A DNA stretch of 64,000 bases from Guillardia theta CCMP2712 (Eukaryota; Protista; Cryptophyta). The stretch is taken from positions 45,477 through 109,476 of the forward strand of contig NW_005434645.1 of the NCBI RefSeq assembly GCF_000315625.1. The letters are read 5' to 3'. The notes beneath the pieces are model-generated. The model did no database searches. It was given only the letters and a program-made list of their open reading frames with translations, and was not told the origin of the DNA. This document shows positions 36,855 to 48,200 of the stretch, in pieces. The position numbers and the translations under genes are program-made. Within the stretch, counting starts at the first letter, position 1, and every line of letters starts with the position of its first letter.

Positions 36855-38153
36855 TGAATTTCCACTGCTGCTCCTGCTTCTGTTTCCTTCAAGTGGATCC
36901 GCGGAGCCCGCAGAAGCAAGGCAAAAAGCACGTCTTCCACAAGGACCGAGGCTTCTGAGGAGAGGGAACGAGTCAGAGGGAGGAAGGAGCAGAGGAAGAG
37001 GAGAACCGCGGGGGTGCGAGACTGGATACTGGGAGGAGGAACAGGGACTCTGCACGAGAACAGGTCACTTGCTGTGTGAGTGTAGCGGAGGCCGGAACCT
37101 GAAGACGACGACGTTGCTGTTGTTGTCCCCCAGGGCGACATCGTCTTCCTTTTGACAGGGGCTGACTTCGGTGGTGTTCCTAGGGAACTCGTCAGGCACT
37201 TTCAGGGAGGGAGGGGAGGGAGGGGAGGGAGGGAGGGGAGGACGGAGGAGGAGTTGAGACCTTAAGCTGTGAATGAACTTGTACGGTCGTTCATACTTGA
37301 TTACAGCATAGAGACCGACTGCTGCTGTCGTTGCAAGGCCTGCAGGTCCCTGAGCCACTTTCCTGGAATTGTTTCTCCTCCCCCCGTTCATCCCCTTCTC
37401 ACATTCCTTGCCCGTTCCCTCCTCCTCCTCCCTGCCTGTCCTGCTCGACCTCTCCTGCTTTCTCGTTCTCCTTCCTACTCCACTTCTCCCTCCTCTCCCT
37501 CCTCAGTCTGTACCAAGTGGAGTGATCACGACACCGAGTCCGAACGTGAAGAACCCTGAAGTCACCAGTCACGCTCCTCACTCTCGAGCCTCCGCGCGTC
37601 CATACCGATGGGAATGGCAGCGATTGACGCAAACCTCTCCACAAAGTTTCTCCTCTGACACCTCGTCAACTTCACTCTTCTCCTCATACACACTCACGAT
37701 CTGCCCGACTTTGAGTGAGTCACGCCAAGAGATCTCCGCATGCTCCTGCAGTCCATCAGCGGAAACATGGGCTATCCCACTGCATCTTCAGTTCTACCTC
37801 GACACTCTCGGCCTCCCTGCCGTCTTGCGTTGGACTCTTCTCGCTCGAGTAAGACAGCAGCTCCCTCCTGCATCCATCGGATCACCGACGACTTCGCGCC
37901 TTAGTCTCTCAACCTCCCAGGCGCACGCCACGTGTTGTTTGCTGTCAGGACGACATCCCAGCTGTTGCTCCGATGCTGTCTTGCAGCTCAACTTCTGGTG
38001 CATCAAGTCAAACTCATCCGCACCTCGACGCTGCGAGTTTGAAGGCAGTCTAGAGCCATCCATCAGCATACAAGGGAAGAGCCGTAAGATCAACTTACCC
38101 GCTCCAGGAAAACACAGGAGGAAAGCGAGAAACAGCTGAAAATTGCCGCTCAT
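36851..38153 (-). CDS. Hypothetical multi-exon protein with possible signal peptide
   Basis: MSGNFQLFLAFLLCFPGA is followed by a gtaagt donor. Several minus-strand GT-AG pairs. Terminal exon EASVLVEDVLFALLLRAPRIHLKETEAGAAVEIH*. No family recognised. Confidence 0.45.
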
Positions 38154-38849
38154 TGCGGCAAAGCAACACCTGTTCGATAGAATGCAACCATCAAGAAAGC
38201 ACAAATGAAGAAACCATGTATCTCTTCTGGTTATTTCCCTTCATAACGTGTCTCATCCTCCTTCCCGCAGAAGCATCTCCCTACCATTTCTCACTTCCTG
38301 TCTGCCTAATCCTGACCCATTCCTTGCTTTACAACCTCCTGTAGTGGAAGCGTTGCTCCTCCACATCAACTTTTGCAACCCACATTCCAATTTTCCCCTC
38401 CTTCTCCATCACTTGCCTTTATCCATATCTTCTCTTCCCCGTTTTCCCTTCCCTTGTCCCGCTCTTCTCGCTCGTCTCCCTCTCCCTCCTCTGCCCTCCT
38501 CTCCAACCTCTCCTCTCCCTCTCCCCCCCTCCTCCTCTCTCTGCTCTCCCTTCTCTCCCCTCCCCTCCTCCCCCCCTCTCTCCTCTCCTCCTCCTCCTCT
38601 CCTCCCGGCCTTGTCACTCAACCAGCATGATCCGAAATTTCAAAGAGCGTGTAGAGCCCTTCTCATCATCCCCCTCATTCTCACTTCATCATCCCCCTCA
38701 TACTCAATTCAATCTCTCCGTGACCGCAGCCGTGACCGTTGACTACTAGAAAAACCAAGTCCGCCTCAGTATGATACTATGGATGGTAAAAAGACAGCAA
38801 CATAAATTAGTAGAAAGTCCCCCGACATCGAGGGCTTCGATCGACACCC

Positions 38850-41061
38850 ATGGCAGCGCTGTTGTTGGTGCTCCTGATGGCAGCGTCAGAGGTCGGCGGC
38901 TTCATGCATGCAGGAGGAGGATGGAAACTTCCTAGAATCAGTGCTAGATCCTCCTCCTGTTCACCCCAGGGACATTCAGCTCATTTTGGTGATGCGGTAG
39001 CTTCTTTGCGCCAGGCGCGCAGCAGGAGGGTGAAGGGGGTTGTGTGGAGCTGTGCCACATCGGCAGCAGAAGTGTCGTCCATGAAGGTCTCAGAGATCAA
39101 GGACGAGCTCTTCAGGAGAGGAATCTCGTTCCAAGGGCTGTTCGAGAAAGAAGAGCTAGTCAGAGCTCTGGTCAAGGCACGAGCCGAACAAACCTCGGAC
39201 CTGGACTCCTTGGACGTGCTCAAGGACCTCGGGGGCACCGTTGTGCCCATGAAGAGGACAAGGGCGAGAGAGAACAGCCTTGGGTCGGAGGTTCGGGTGG
39301 ATGAGAAGGACTACTTCTCTATCGCTGTGTCACTTCCTGAACTCAAAGTCAGCAGAGCCGAGTTTGTCATCGACACCGCGTCCACCCTCTCCATCGTCGT
39401 CCCGAGTTTCGCGAGGACGACGCAGGCGCAGGCCACAGGGAGGACAGCCTCTGTCAACGCAGCAACGGCAGGAGGGCAGCAGCTCAGCCAGGTCAGCCTG
39501 GGAAGGACTGAGATCAACGTCGGAGGGAGCAGAGTTGAATGTGGGAGGTTGGAACCGATCGTGATGGATCTTCCTGTGAAGGACGGGGTGGCAGGACTGC
39601 TGGGGGTCGACTTCCTGCTCAGGTTCGACGCCCTCTTCGATCTCAAGGAAGAGCGAGTCGCGCTCGCCCGGCCCAACACGATCGTGTCGGGCGCCTTGGG
39701 GCAGCAAGGCGCGCTCAGGGCGATGGAGCGGGCAGGGCTGGTAGAGGTTCCCATGTTCTTCCTGCCTCCTCCTGCAGGCTTCTATGTCGTCAAGGTGAAA
39801 ATTGAGGTGGAAGGAAGAAGCTCTCCCGTCATGTCAGCGGTGGTCGACATGGGGTCGACCTTCACAGTCATCAACACACCAGCAGCGCGATCGGTCGGGG
39901 TGGACGAGGGAAGCCCGGTGAGTCGGCAAGAACCTGCGAACCCCCAGCGGCTGCAAGAGCCGTCTGAAGTTCTGTATGCTCATGTGCTCGCACGTTGGGC
40001 AGTGACTATGTTGAGGATGTACCAGCTCCCCTCGTCCCTTGCCTCTTGTGATTATGTCGCTCTTCCATTCTCCTGACGGGGCTCTTTACAGCTCCTACGA
40101 GACACGAACTCAGTGCTGTCAGGAGCAACTTTGCCGGGGCAGACTTTCTCTACCATCAGGTTCCAAGAGGTCTGTACCTCTGCCTCCTCCCACGCTCTCT
40201 CTGCCTCTGCTCCTCTTCCGCCGCCCCCTCTCGCTCTACCCTCGCTGCCATCTCTTCCATCGCCTCCCTTCCCTTCCCTCCCTCCCTCCCTCCCTCCCTC
40301 CCTCCCTCCCTCCCTCCCTCCCTCCCTCCCTCCCTCCCTCCCTCCCTCCCTCCCTCCCTCCCTCCCTCCCTCCCTCCCTCCCTGCGGCTGCTCATCTCTC
40401 ATGGTTCAGCTTCAACATTCGCAACGTTCAGCGAGCGCTTGAGTACGCCTTCTTCTCCCTCGCCCGATGGTCCAGAGGTCATGCGAGGGCGNNNNNNNNN
40501 NNNNNNNNNNNNNNNNNNNNNNNNNNNNNNNNNNNNNNNNNNNNNNNNNNNNNNNNNNNNNNNNNNNNNNNNNNNNNNNNNNNNNNNNNNNCGCTCTCTT
40601 TCCTTCCTTTCTGCTTCCCTCGCCCTATTCCTCTCATAATTGCTATCACTCGTTGACATCGTCCATTCCAGGGAGCGCTGAAGCTGGGCAAATGCAAATG
40701 CTGCGTTGCAGGTAGGAAGCGTTCCCTTCTCTTCAACCTCTACTCCTCCTCCTCCTCCTCCTCCTCCTCCTCCTCCTCCTCCTCTCTCCTATTTGTCCTG
40801 CTCCTCTCTTCTGCTCCTCCTGCTCCTTCTGCTCCTCCTCATGTCGAGGCTCCTTACACTCCATGTTCAAGACCTTCCCGCCTTCGTGATGTTGGGGATG
40901 CGCGACCGACCAGCGATGGTCCTGGGACTTGACGTCCTGGGTGAGGGAAAATTCAACATGTTGGCTCGACGGTGACACGAAAATTTCTGGCAGGAGGGTC
41001 AAGGGGAAGGTTCGGTTTTTCCGCTTCTGGCAAGAGAGCATGGATATCACCGATGGAATGA
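38850..41061 (+). CDS. Plastid-targeted tandem retropepsin-like (clan AA) aspartyl protease with N-terminal HeH/SAP-like module; spans gap 40492-40591
   Basis: SP MAALLLVLLMAASEVGG|F then a Ser/Arg-rich transit peptide. MKVSEIKDELFRRGISFQGLFEKEELVRAL module. Two lobes: FVIDTAS...GLLGVDFL and AVVDMGS...MVLGLDVLG. Last exon GGSRGRFGFSASGKRAWISPME*. Confidence 0.8.
40275..40382. repeat. Intronic (CCCT)n microsatellite
   Basis: Direct reading of the sequence. Confidence 0.92.
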
Positions 41062-41104
41062 AAGTTGCATCACTCTCTTCTCTCTCTCTCTTCTCTCCTC
41101 GCAC

Positions 41105-43413
41105 TCAGCAACACCGCGCAATGCCGTCATGCTGGCGTCTGCTTGATTGGTGGTCCATGTTGGGCTTCTTCAGCTTCCTATGAGAGCGAAAGACATTATG
41201 GAGGGTCTTGTTAGATCGGGAGCAATCTCTGGATTTCTTCTCATGGCCATAACTTAGCTCCGTCTTCACATCAGGGTTGGCATGCACAAAGGAACAAGAG
41301 TCAAATATAGAGGGGCAGGAAAGCGATACAGCAGGTCGAGTTCAGTTGATGTTATTATTCACAAAGTTCTAACTGTGGAAAAAAAACGAGACCTACAAGC
41401 CAAGAGTCTTGGCGATCGGTTCCCCCAGACTAAATCCTGAAAGATGCAACATATCAGACGCAGTCAGGAGGTGGAAGGGAAGGAGGATGAAGGGGAAGGG
41501 AGGTGGAAGAGGAAGGTAGCGGAGGAAGAGAAAAGATAGAGTTGCTGTCGTTGCTCAAAGACGAGCTCTGAAGGGAGGACACTCACCGACGAACATGGCT
41601 GCATTGAAGATGATGCTTGCCGCCTGAGGGTTGCTCACGTTGACCAGAGCTGGGCCAGGACACATCCCAGCTGCAAGGGCATCTCCGTCAGCTGCTGGGG
41701 AGAAGCCGAGAAAGGAGCTCACCATATCCCCAGCCGAAACCAAAGATGACGCCTCCGAGTATGAGACGAGTGTCGAGGTTCACCCGGGTGGGCAGCTCGA
41801 ACTTAAGGGAGAGGACAGGCTTCTTGAGAGTGCCGTTCTTGATAAAACCCAGCATGAAGGGAGCGGTGACAAGGATGGCTCCTCCCTGTCGTAACGCAGG
41901 GTGAGAAGAGGCTCCTGCTCAATGCAAACAGGCATACCATGACGAACATGAGGGTTGGATTCCACGTTCCCTGCGATACATCCAAGAAAGAGACAACCTG
42001 AAGAACGCGATCAGGAGGAGGAGGAGGAGGAGGAGGAGCATCAGCAGCTTACGTTGGCTGGGTTCGTCATTCCGCTGATGCCTGTACAGCATCTTTGTCA
42101 AGACACCAACAGTCAAGGCAGATGGTCCTCACCAAGTCCAAAAGCAAATAGACTCCCGTCCACGAAACTCACGAACTCACGGAGCAGCTCCTGAATGGGG
42201 CGGTCAACCCCCAGCAGCAAGGAATCTTTCTCAGCTCCCACCTTCTCAATGCCCATGGCCTGACCCAGGCTGACCACCATGGCGTACAGGGATCCGTGAA
42301 GGATCAGGACGATGAAAGCAAGCTGCCACGTCGAGGGCAGGTCAACCTACAGGGACCTCCGTCACGAGACGAGCCGCACGCCGACCATGCAACGTCACCG
42401 GAGCTGGAAAGTGAGCCTTGACAGCAGCGGTGCTGTGGAAGATGGAGGCGGTGGCAAATCCTGGCAGGAATCACATCAGATAAAGCTCCGGCATGCAAAC
42501 AAGCACTGACCGGCCGCCATGAACGTGAGAGTGTAGGCAAGAGAGCGAGGAGAGAGACGAGAGTTCCCACAAATGCCATGTCTGTCCGCCAATGTTACCA
42601 TGCACCAAGGCATTCAACGTCCTCTGAGGGGCTTACCCCGATGTGCACCCGTTGCCCATAGTAGAGCCGATGCCAACCTGGACTTGGAGATCAGTTCAAC
42701 GATCCGAACAAGGCCGAACAAGCAAGTTTGCTTCCTCACCGCCAAACCCGCAATGATCAGTCTCAACTCTGATACTTGCATGCTCCCAAGAGCCGACGGG
42801 TAAACTGATTTCAAGATAACTCCACCTGTGCCCCAGGTGAGGCTATGACTAAAAAAGAACTCTTCCTCTCTCCGTACCAACAAGAAGGCCGAGCAAGAAA
42901 GCCCATCTGCTCAATTCTGATGATTTTCCTTTAACGATCCCCCCAACTATTCCTGACACCCCCAAAACATCCCCCTACACAAGGGATCTTTCAAACGGGA
43001 ACATAGAAACAAGATATCGAAACTCACCCGAAGATACATTCTTACTGCCGCCGCTATCCCAAGCAAGAGCCCTCCAGTCAGAGCATAAGCCGGTTGAAAG
43101 TTATAGATCTTCAGCCCCAGAAATTCGCTTGATGCTGTTCGCAACGCATGAGAAAGTCGGAGGATGTTGACACGGTACAGCCACACAACAAACAAGTTTC
43201 ATTCCCAACCCCATGTGCAGATAAGACAGAGCAAGAGTTCATAAAATTTCAAAATGAATCACCTGTGCTTCCTGATGCATAAGAAGCACCAGAAACAACA
43301 GTCAAAAGGTATGCAAAGGAAGTCAAGAAGATGACTTTTGACAGACCAAAGGTCCCCGTCAATGCCGATGCATTGAGACTAGAAACGTTTTGCGAGAAAT
43401 CCAATCCTAGCAT
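41105..43413 (-). CDS. Fused YeeE/YedE (sulfur-compound/thiosulfate transporter family) membrane protein
   Basis: ALTGGLLLGIAA, spliced [47 protein letters not shown] and GMCPGPALVN. Both ends are approximate. Confidence 0.85.
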
Positions 43414-44489
43414 AGTTTGCTTCCCCAGACAAGTGTATACGATTGTTCGAAACCACAACAGACGCCTTTATAAAATCTGCATCAAGATGGGGAGTAAGAA
43501 TCAAGAAGAAACCGCGCGGACGGTTACAGACAGAATAAGTTCTCCATCACATTCACACAGAAGTGGTCTAAAAAGCAATTCTCTCACACACAAATCCCTC
43601 CATCAGCCTGACAGCCTCGAATAATACACTCAGTCTCTACCCTCCAACCTCACTCCAAACCTCGTTCCTTCAGCACAACATAAGGATCCACTCCTCTCCG
43701 GCGCATCAGCAGTATTATCTCAGCATACTTTTCATTGTCTATCAAGGGTAATCCCAACGTCCATCTCTTCTCTCGCCATCTTCCATCTCTCCTCGTCATC
43801 ATCTCTTCTCCCTCCTTCCTTGCCCATTCCTATCCTGCACCGCTCCTTCTCCTGCTCTGCTCTCTTCTTCTCTCATCTTCCCCCAGAAATTTTCCTTGTG
43901 TAGGGGGAAAAGGGGGAGTGGAGCCGGTGAAAACATGACAGTCTTAGGGGTGGGTACTGAAACGGTCTATGGGTGGGGTGATAGTTAGAAGGCATTTCCT
44001 GACACTACCCCTACATTTATTGGATTTCATGGGGTAGGGGTAGACAATGGGCCAAGAGAGTATGTAAAAGACGGGGGGGATGGGGTATTCAAAACCACCC
44101 CTACCCAACTTTCACCCTGAAGTACCCACCACTTGTGGATTCTCGTCTCTACACCCCCTTTCACCATAGTCATCTCTCACCCCAGGTGGGTTGTGACTTG
44201 CGGGCCACCCGTGCTGCTGACATGTATGCTGTCAAGTACCCACCCAGGAAAGCATGAATTTTACATCATAGATATGGTGGGTATATTGACCCACCCCTAT
44301 ATTTTCCTGCATGACCCCTTCATTTGCACGCTCGTGCTATCATGACCAGTCAGCAACTATGATTATCGTGGGATGGTACCAGGGGGTGGATACGTTACCG
44401 AGGAGTACCCCCCCTTTTCTGATTCAGTTGTGTAATGACCTAGGAGTGGGGGTATATAAACACAGGGGGTACCATTTTTCACTGAATTG

Positions 44490-45180
44490 TCCGAAGCACG
44501 GGAGCCCGCCCGGGGCCCGCCCGGGGCCCGGCCACAGGCTGCCAGCCCGGGCCGCGGGCGGAGGCCGGAGCCTTGTAGTACTACGGTACGCCCGGGGCCG
44601 GCGGCCGCCGCGCGGTACGGTCACTGCCGCGTCCGAGTCATACGGGCAGTCACGGTCGGTGAGGCCCAGCCTAGCCAGGCTAGTAGGTCAGGCCGCTCCG
44701 AGCGACCAGGCCCCGCCCGGGCCGGGCCCGGGCCCCGGCCCGGGGGAGCCTGAACTTCAAGCGGCTTAACGCTCCCGGGCCCGGGCCCGGGGCTACCGTA
44801 CTGTTCAACGGTTATCATCACGCGGCCGCCGCACTGCACCGGGGCCCGGGCCGACAGTCTAGCCCGGCCTGAGCCGCTACTGCGGCCCGGCCGGGGGCCC
44901 TCAGTGACTCAGTGACTATACGCCGGTCGGACGGTCACGGTCCGTACGTCAGGCCTCAGTTCTTTACTCAAAGTTAAGTTAAAGATCAGTACTACGGTAC
45001 GGTACTACGGTGACGGTGCAGTATGCCAGGGCCGCCCGCGGTGCGTCCGATCACCGGGCCCAGTAGTATTCCGCCGGGCGCGACTGAGCCGCCGCGCGGC
45101 ACTGAGTGCCCGGGGCCGGCGGCGGGCGCCCGGCCCGACCGCCGGCTGGCTGGCCGGCTGGCGAGTAGCAGATAGGCGGG
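44490..45180. repeat. Large GC-rich CCCGGG/GGCC island containing the dispersed repeat (44955-44992), in the divergent YeeE/SMCHD1 intergenic region
   Basis: Dense cccggg and gcggccgc sites, modules gtactacggt, cagtgact and cggtcacggt, and ctcagttctttactcaaagttaagttaaagatcagtac. Confidence 0.8.
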
Positions 45181-45265
45181 GGAATGTAAGGGAGGAAGGA
45201 CCCGGTGGTTGTGAGAGCAAAGTTAGGAGATACAAGGGGGTACTCAGATACAAACAGGGCACGCC

Positions 45266-48200
45266 ATGGCGGGTGTGGAGGTTCTGTGTGAAGCCGAGCG
45301 CTATGGCGGAAAGAGGGTGAGCTCGGTGGTGGTACCTCCATCCTCCCTCTCCCCTCCTCATGTCCTCTCCCAGTTCCTCCAAGACGCCCTCGGCCTTCCC
45401 GGTCGGCCGTTGCTGGCACTTGCATCCCTATCAGGAGAGCCCCTCTCGGATCAGGAGGTGCAGACGTCAGTACCCTCGTGCGCGCTGCTGCTCATCGATG
45501 GGAGCGTAGCAGAATTTAGTGTAGAGAGGAAGAGATCGAATGTGCCTGTGAAAGGATTCTTGGATGATCTCGCTACATGCCAGTATACCATCCTGTTGGC
45601 CATGTGCGAGCTGATAGACAACAGCGTGCAATCCACCAAGGGCAACAGTTCGAGCGAAGGCAGGACGATAGATATCGACATTGACGAGATTGATTCCAAG
45701 ACGTTCACAATATTCGACAACGGGATGGGTTTTACACTGGGTGACTCGGCAGACTTTGCTACAATAGGAAAGAAGGGGAGGATGAACAGTGTGGGGGAGG
45801 AGGTCGAACCTGGGACCCAGAAGGTCACATCCTATAGGTCATACTTCACCTCCAACATCTCAAGGTTCGCCTTCATTGACGATCGACATGCAGCTCCTAA
45901 CCTCTGATGCTCGGCAGGTACGGGGTCGGTCTGAAGATGGCGCTACACTTGCTGGGAGCCAAGTACTCCTTGAAGTCGAAGCAGAAGGCGAGCAAGGTTG
46001 TGCTCAGGTGCAGCTTTGACAAGATCGGAGACGATTATGAGTACATCGAAGAGTACGAGCCTTGCGATCCTTCAGAGCAGTCTAGGAGCTACAGCCTGAT
46101 CCAGGTCCAGTTCTTCCGGGAGGGGTTGGCCGCCGCCTGCCAGGCGAATCACCATGACGAGTGGCCCACGATTCTTGCGAGGAATCTGAGGAGCATCTAC
46201 TACTGTTATCTTGACATACCAAACATGCTGCATGAAGAAGGTAACGATCAACCTCACAACGTCTCTGTCTGAGGTCTCTTGTTCCTCGGCAGGAGATGAC
46301 AGAGGGAAGAAGGAACGTGGAACCGGTAACTTAGGTTCAGTCAAGATCGCCAAGATGATTCATCAAAGGCTTGAGAGTAGCACATTCAACAAGAAGAATG
46401 GGCAGAAACGGAAGAGCTCGAATGGGAAACTGACTTATCTTGAACTTGCCTCCGAGAATCTTCGGCAGCAACTGGGGCACTACCTGTCGGCGAGCAAGAA
46501 AGCCAAGAACGAGATCGTCGGTGTGGACTTGAACTTCTCTGTGAGAATTTCCTTTATGCCCAATCACTTTGAGGAGGTGATGATGGTTTTGCAGGTCAAG
46601 AGCTACCAGAAATGCATGATCTCACAAGAACCTTGCTTCTGGGACGAGGTAATCCTGGCATGGACCGAATCTTGAACGATTGCTCGTCTCAGACACATGA
46701 ACACATTTGCACATTTTCGTGTAAATGTCTCTTTGAGCATGCAACAGGTGTTTGGTCCGGGTGCTCAAGATTGCTTCCCCATCTGGTTTGAAGTTGAAAC
46801 TTGCGGGGCTGGAAGATCGATTGTTATGGGAGCGATCTTCTACTATGGAGTGAAGGAAGACTCCACTGGAGAGAATGTTCCGAGGTTGACGAATTGTTGT
46901 GTTGCTAATGTTGAAACTTGTAGGAGCATGGAAAAGTTTGACTTGTATGAGATGATACGTAGCTGATGATACAGTGATTCCATGTAGAATTTGGTGTGGA
47001 AAACTAGATGTTCGCTGTGATTGATCGATATACTCGAACAGGAGAGATTTTCGAGTGGACATGGCACGCAACAGCGTTGAAGCAGACTTTCGTTTTGCTA
47101 CTTTGTGGATGGGAAGATGGCTTCCTAACGAAAACTTCATACCTCCGTTCATGATCTTCGACAATCATCGCTGTTCAAAAGCTCCGTCCCGTTGTTACAA
47201 GAGGGCATTTGGCTTCATGTCACTTGATGTGCAATGTTGATGTGAGTGTGAGTGTGTTGCAGGTTGTTAGACCGTGCGTTCAAACCGCAACAAAACAAGC
47301 AAGCCATCGAGCCGAACGGAGATGTATGGTTGAACCTAAGAAGGGCCATGGGGGATGAAAGAATGTTCTCCCTGTACGACGACTGGCTGTTAGAGTGCCA
47401 CAAGAAGTTTGATTACGAGGTGTTGCCCCTTTGCGCAGTATTCTGTTGGATGAATAAGTTTTGTGCGATCTGTTCGTCGTGTTTGGCTTGTTTCTTGTTC
47501 CACCTGACGTGTGAGATGTGATCGAATCTCTGCAGGTTGTGTTTGACTCAGAAGATGCGGTCATCGTGTACGACGAGCAAAGAGAGCAATCCTGCCACAA
47601 GTCGATCTTGCTGGCAGGAGTCAGAATCAAGGTGCGCGATCAAGACGCGGAGGGGGAGCGAGAGCCGTCGAACTCTAACATCCGCTCGCTCTGCAGGCAG
47701 GTGACAAGGTTCAGTATGCGAGGAAGGGAAAGGATATCTCGAATGGACCGCTGGGAGAGATAGTGGAGTTTTGGCAGGACGGGCATTTCAAGCTGCAAGG
47801 GAAGGAGGGGAGCGTCATGATCCGTGAGATGGAGCAGGGAGAGTGCTTGTCCGATCCACAGGAGCTCCGTCTGAACCAGATTAGCATCAAGAAGGTCACT
47901 ATGACTCGATGGAAGGAGGAGCTGACGAGGATGAGGAGGAGTGTGATCTGCGACATCGTGTGGGAGAACCGGGAGGAGGAGGTGGAAGCAGGAAAGCTCA
48001 TGAAGGATATCTCTATCCTCTGCCTGAATTCCGAAGGAAAGCCTGTCTCTGTGAGCAGGAGCGGCAGGGGCGTCAAGGTTTCCCTCCTCGTGCAGTCTTC
48101 ACACGGCCGGTCGTGGAGGTTTGATGCTGAGACCAAGGATGGGGATGGGAGGACGGAGGGGTCGAGGAGGTTTATCTTCGGCCCCTTGGTCGAAGGGGAG

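Noticed and set aside
38850-41061. Retropepsin-like domains as evidence of an LTR retrotransposon
   Set aside because: No gag, reverse transcriptase, integrase or LTRs. The gene has introns and a plastid presequence.
45266-47420. MORC, MutL or canonical SMC assignment
   Set aside because: Transducer motifs and the distal hinge fit SMCHD1/GMI1; there is no Walker A/B SMC head.
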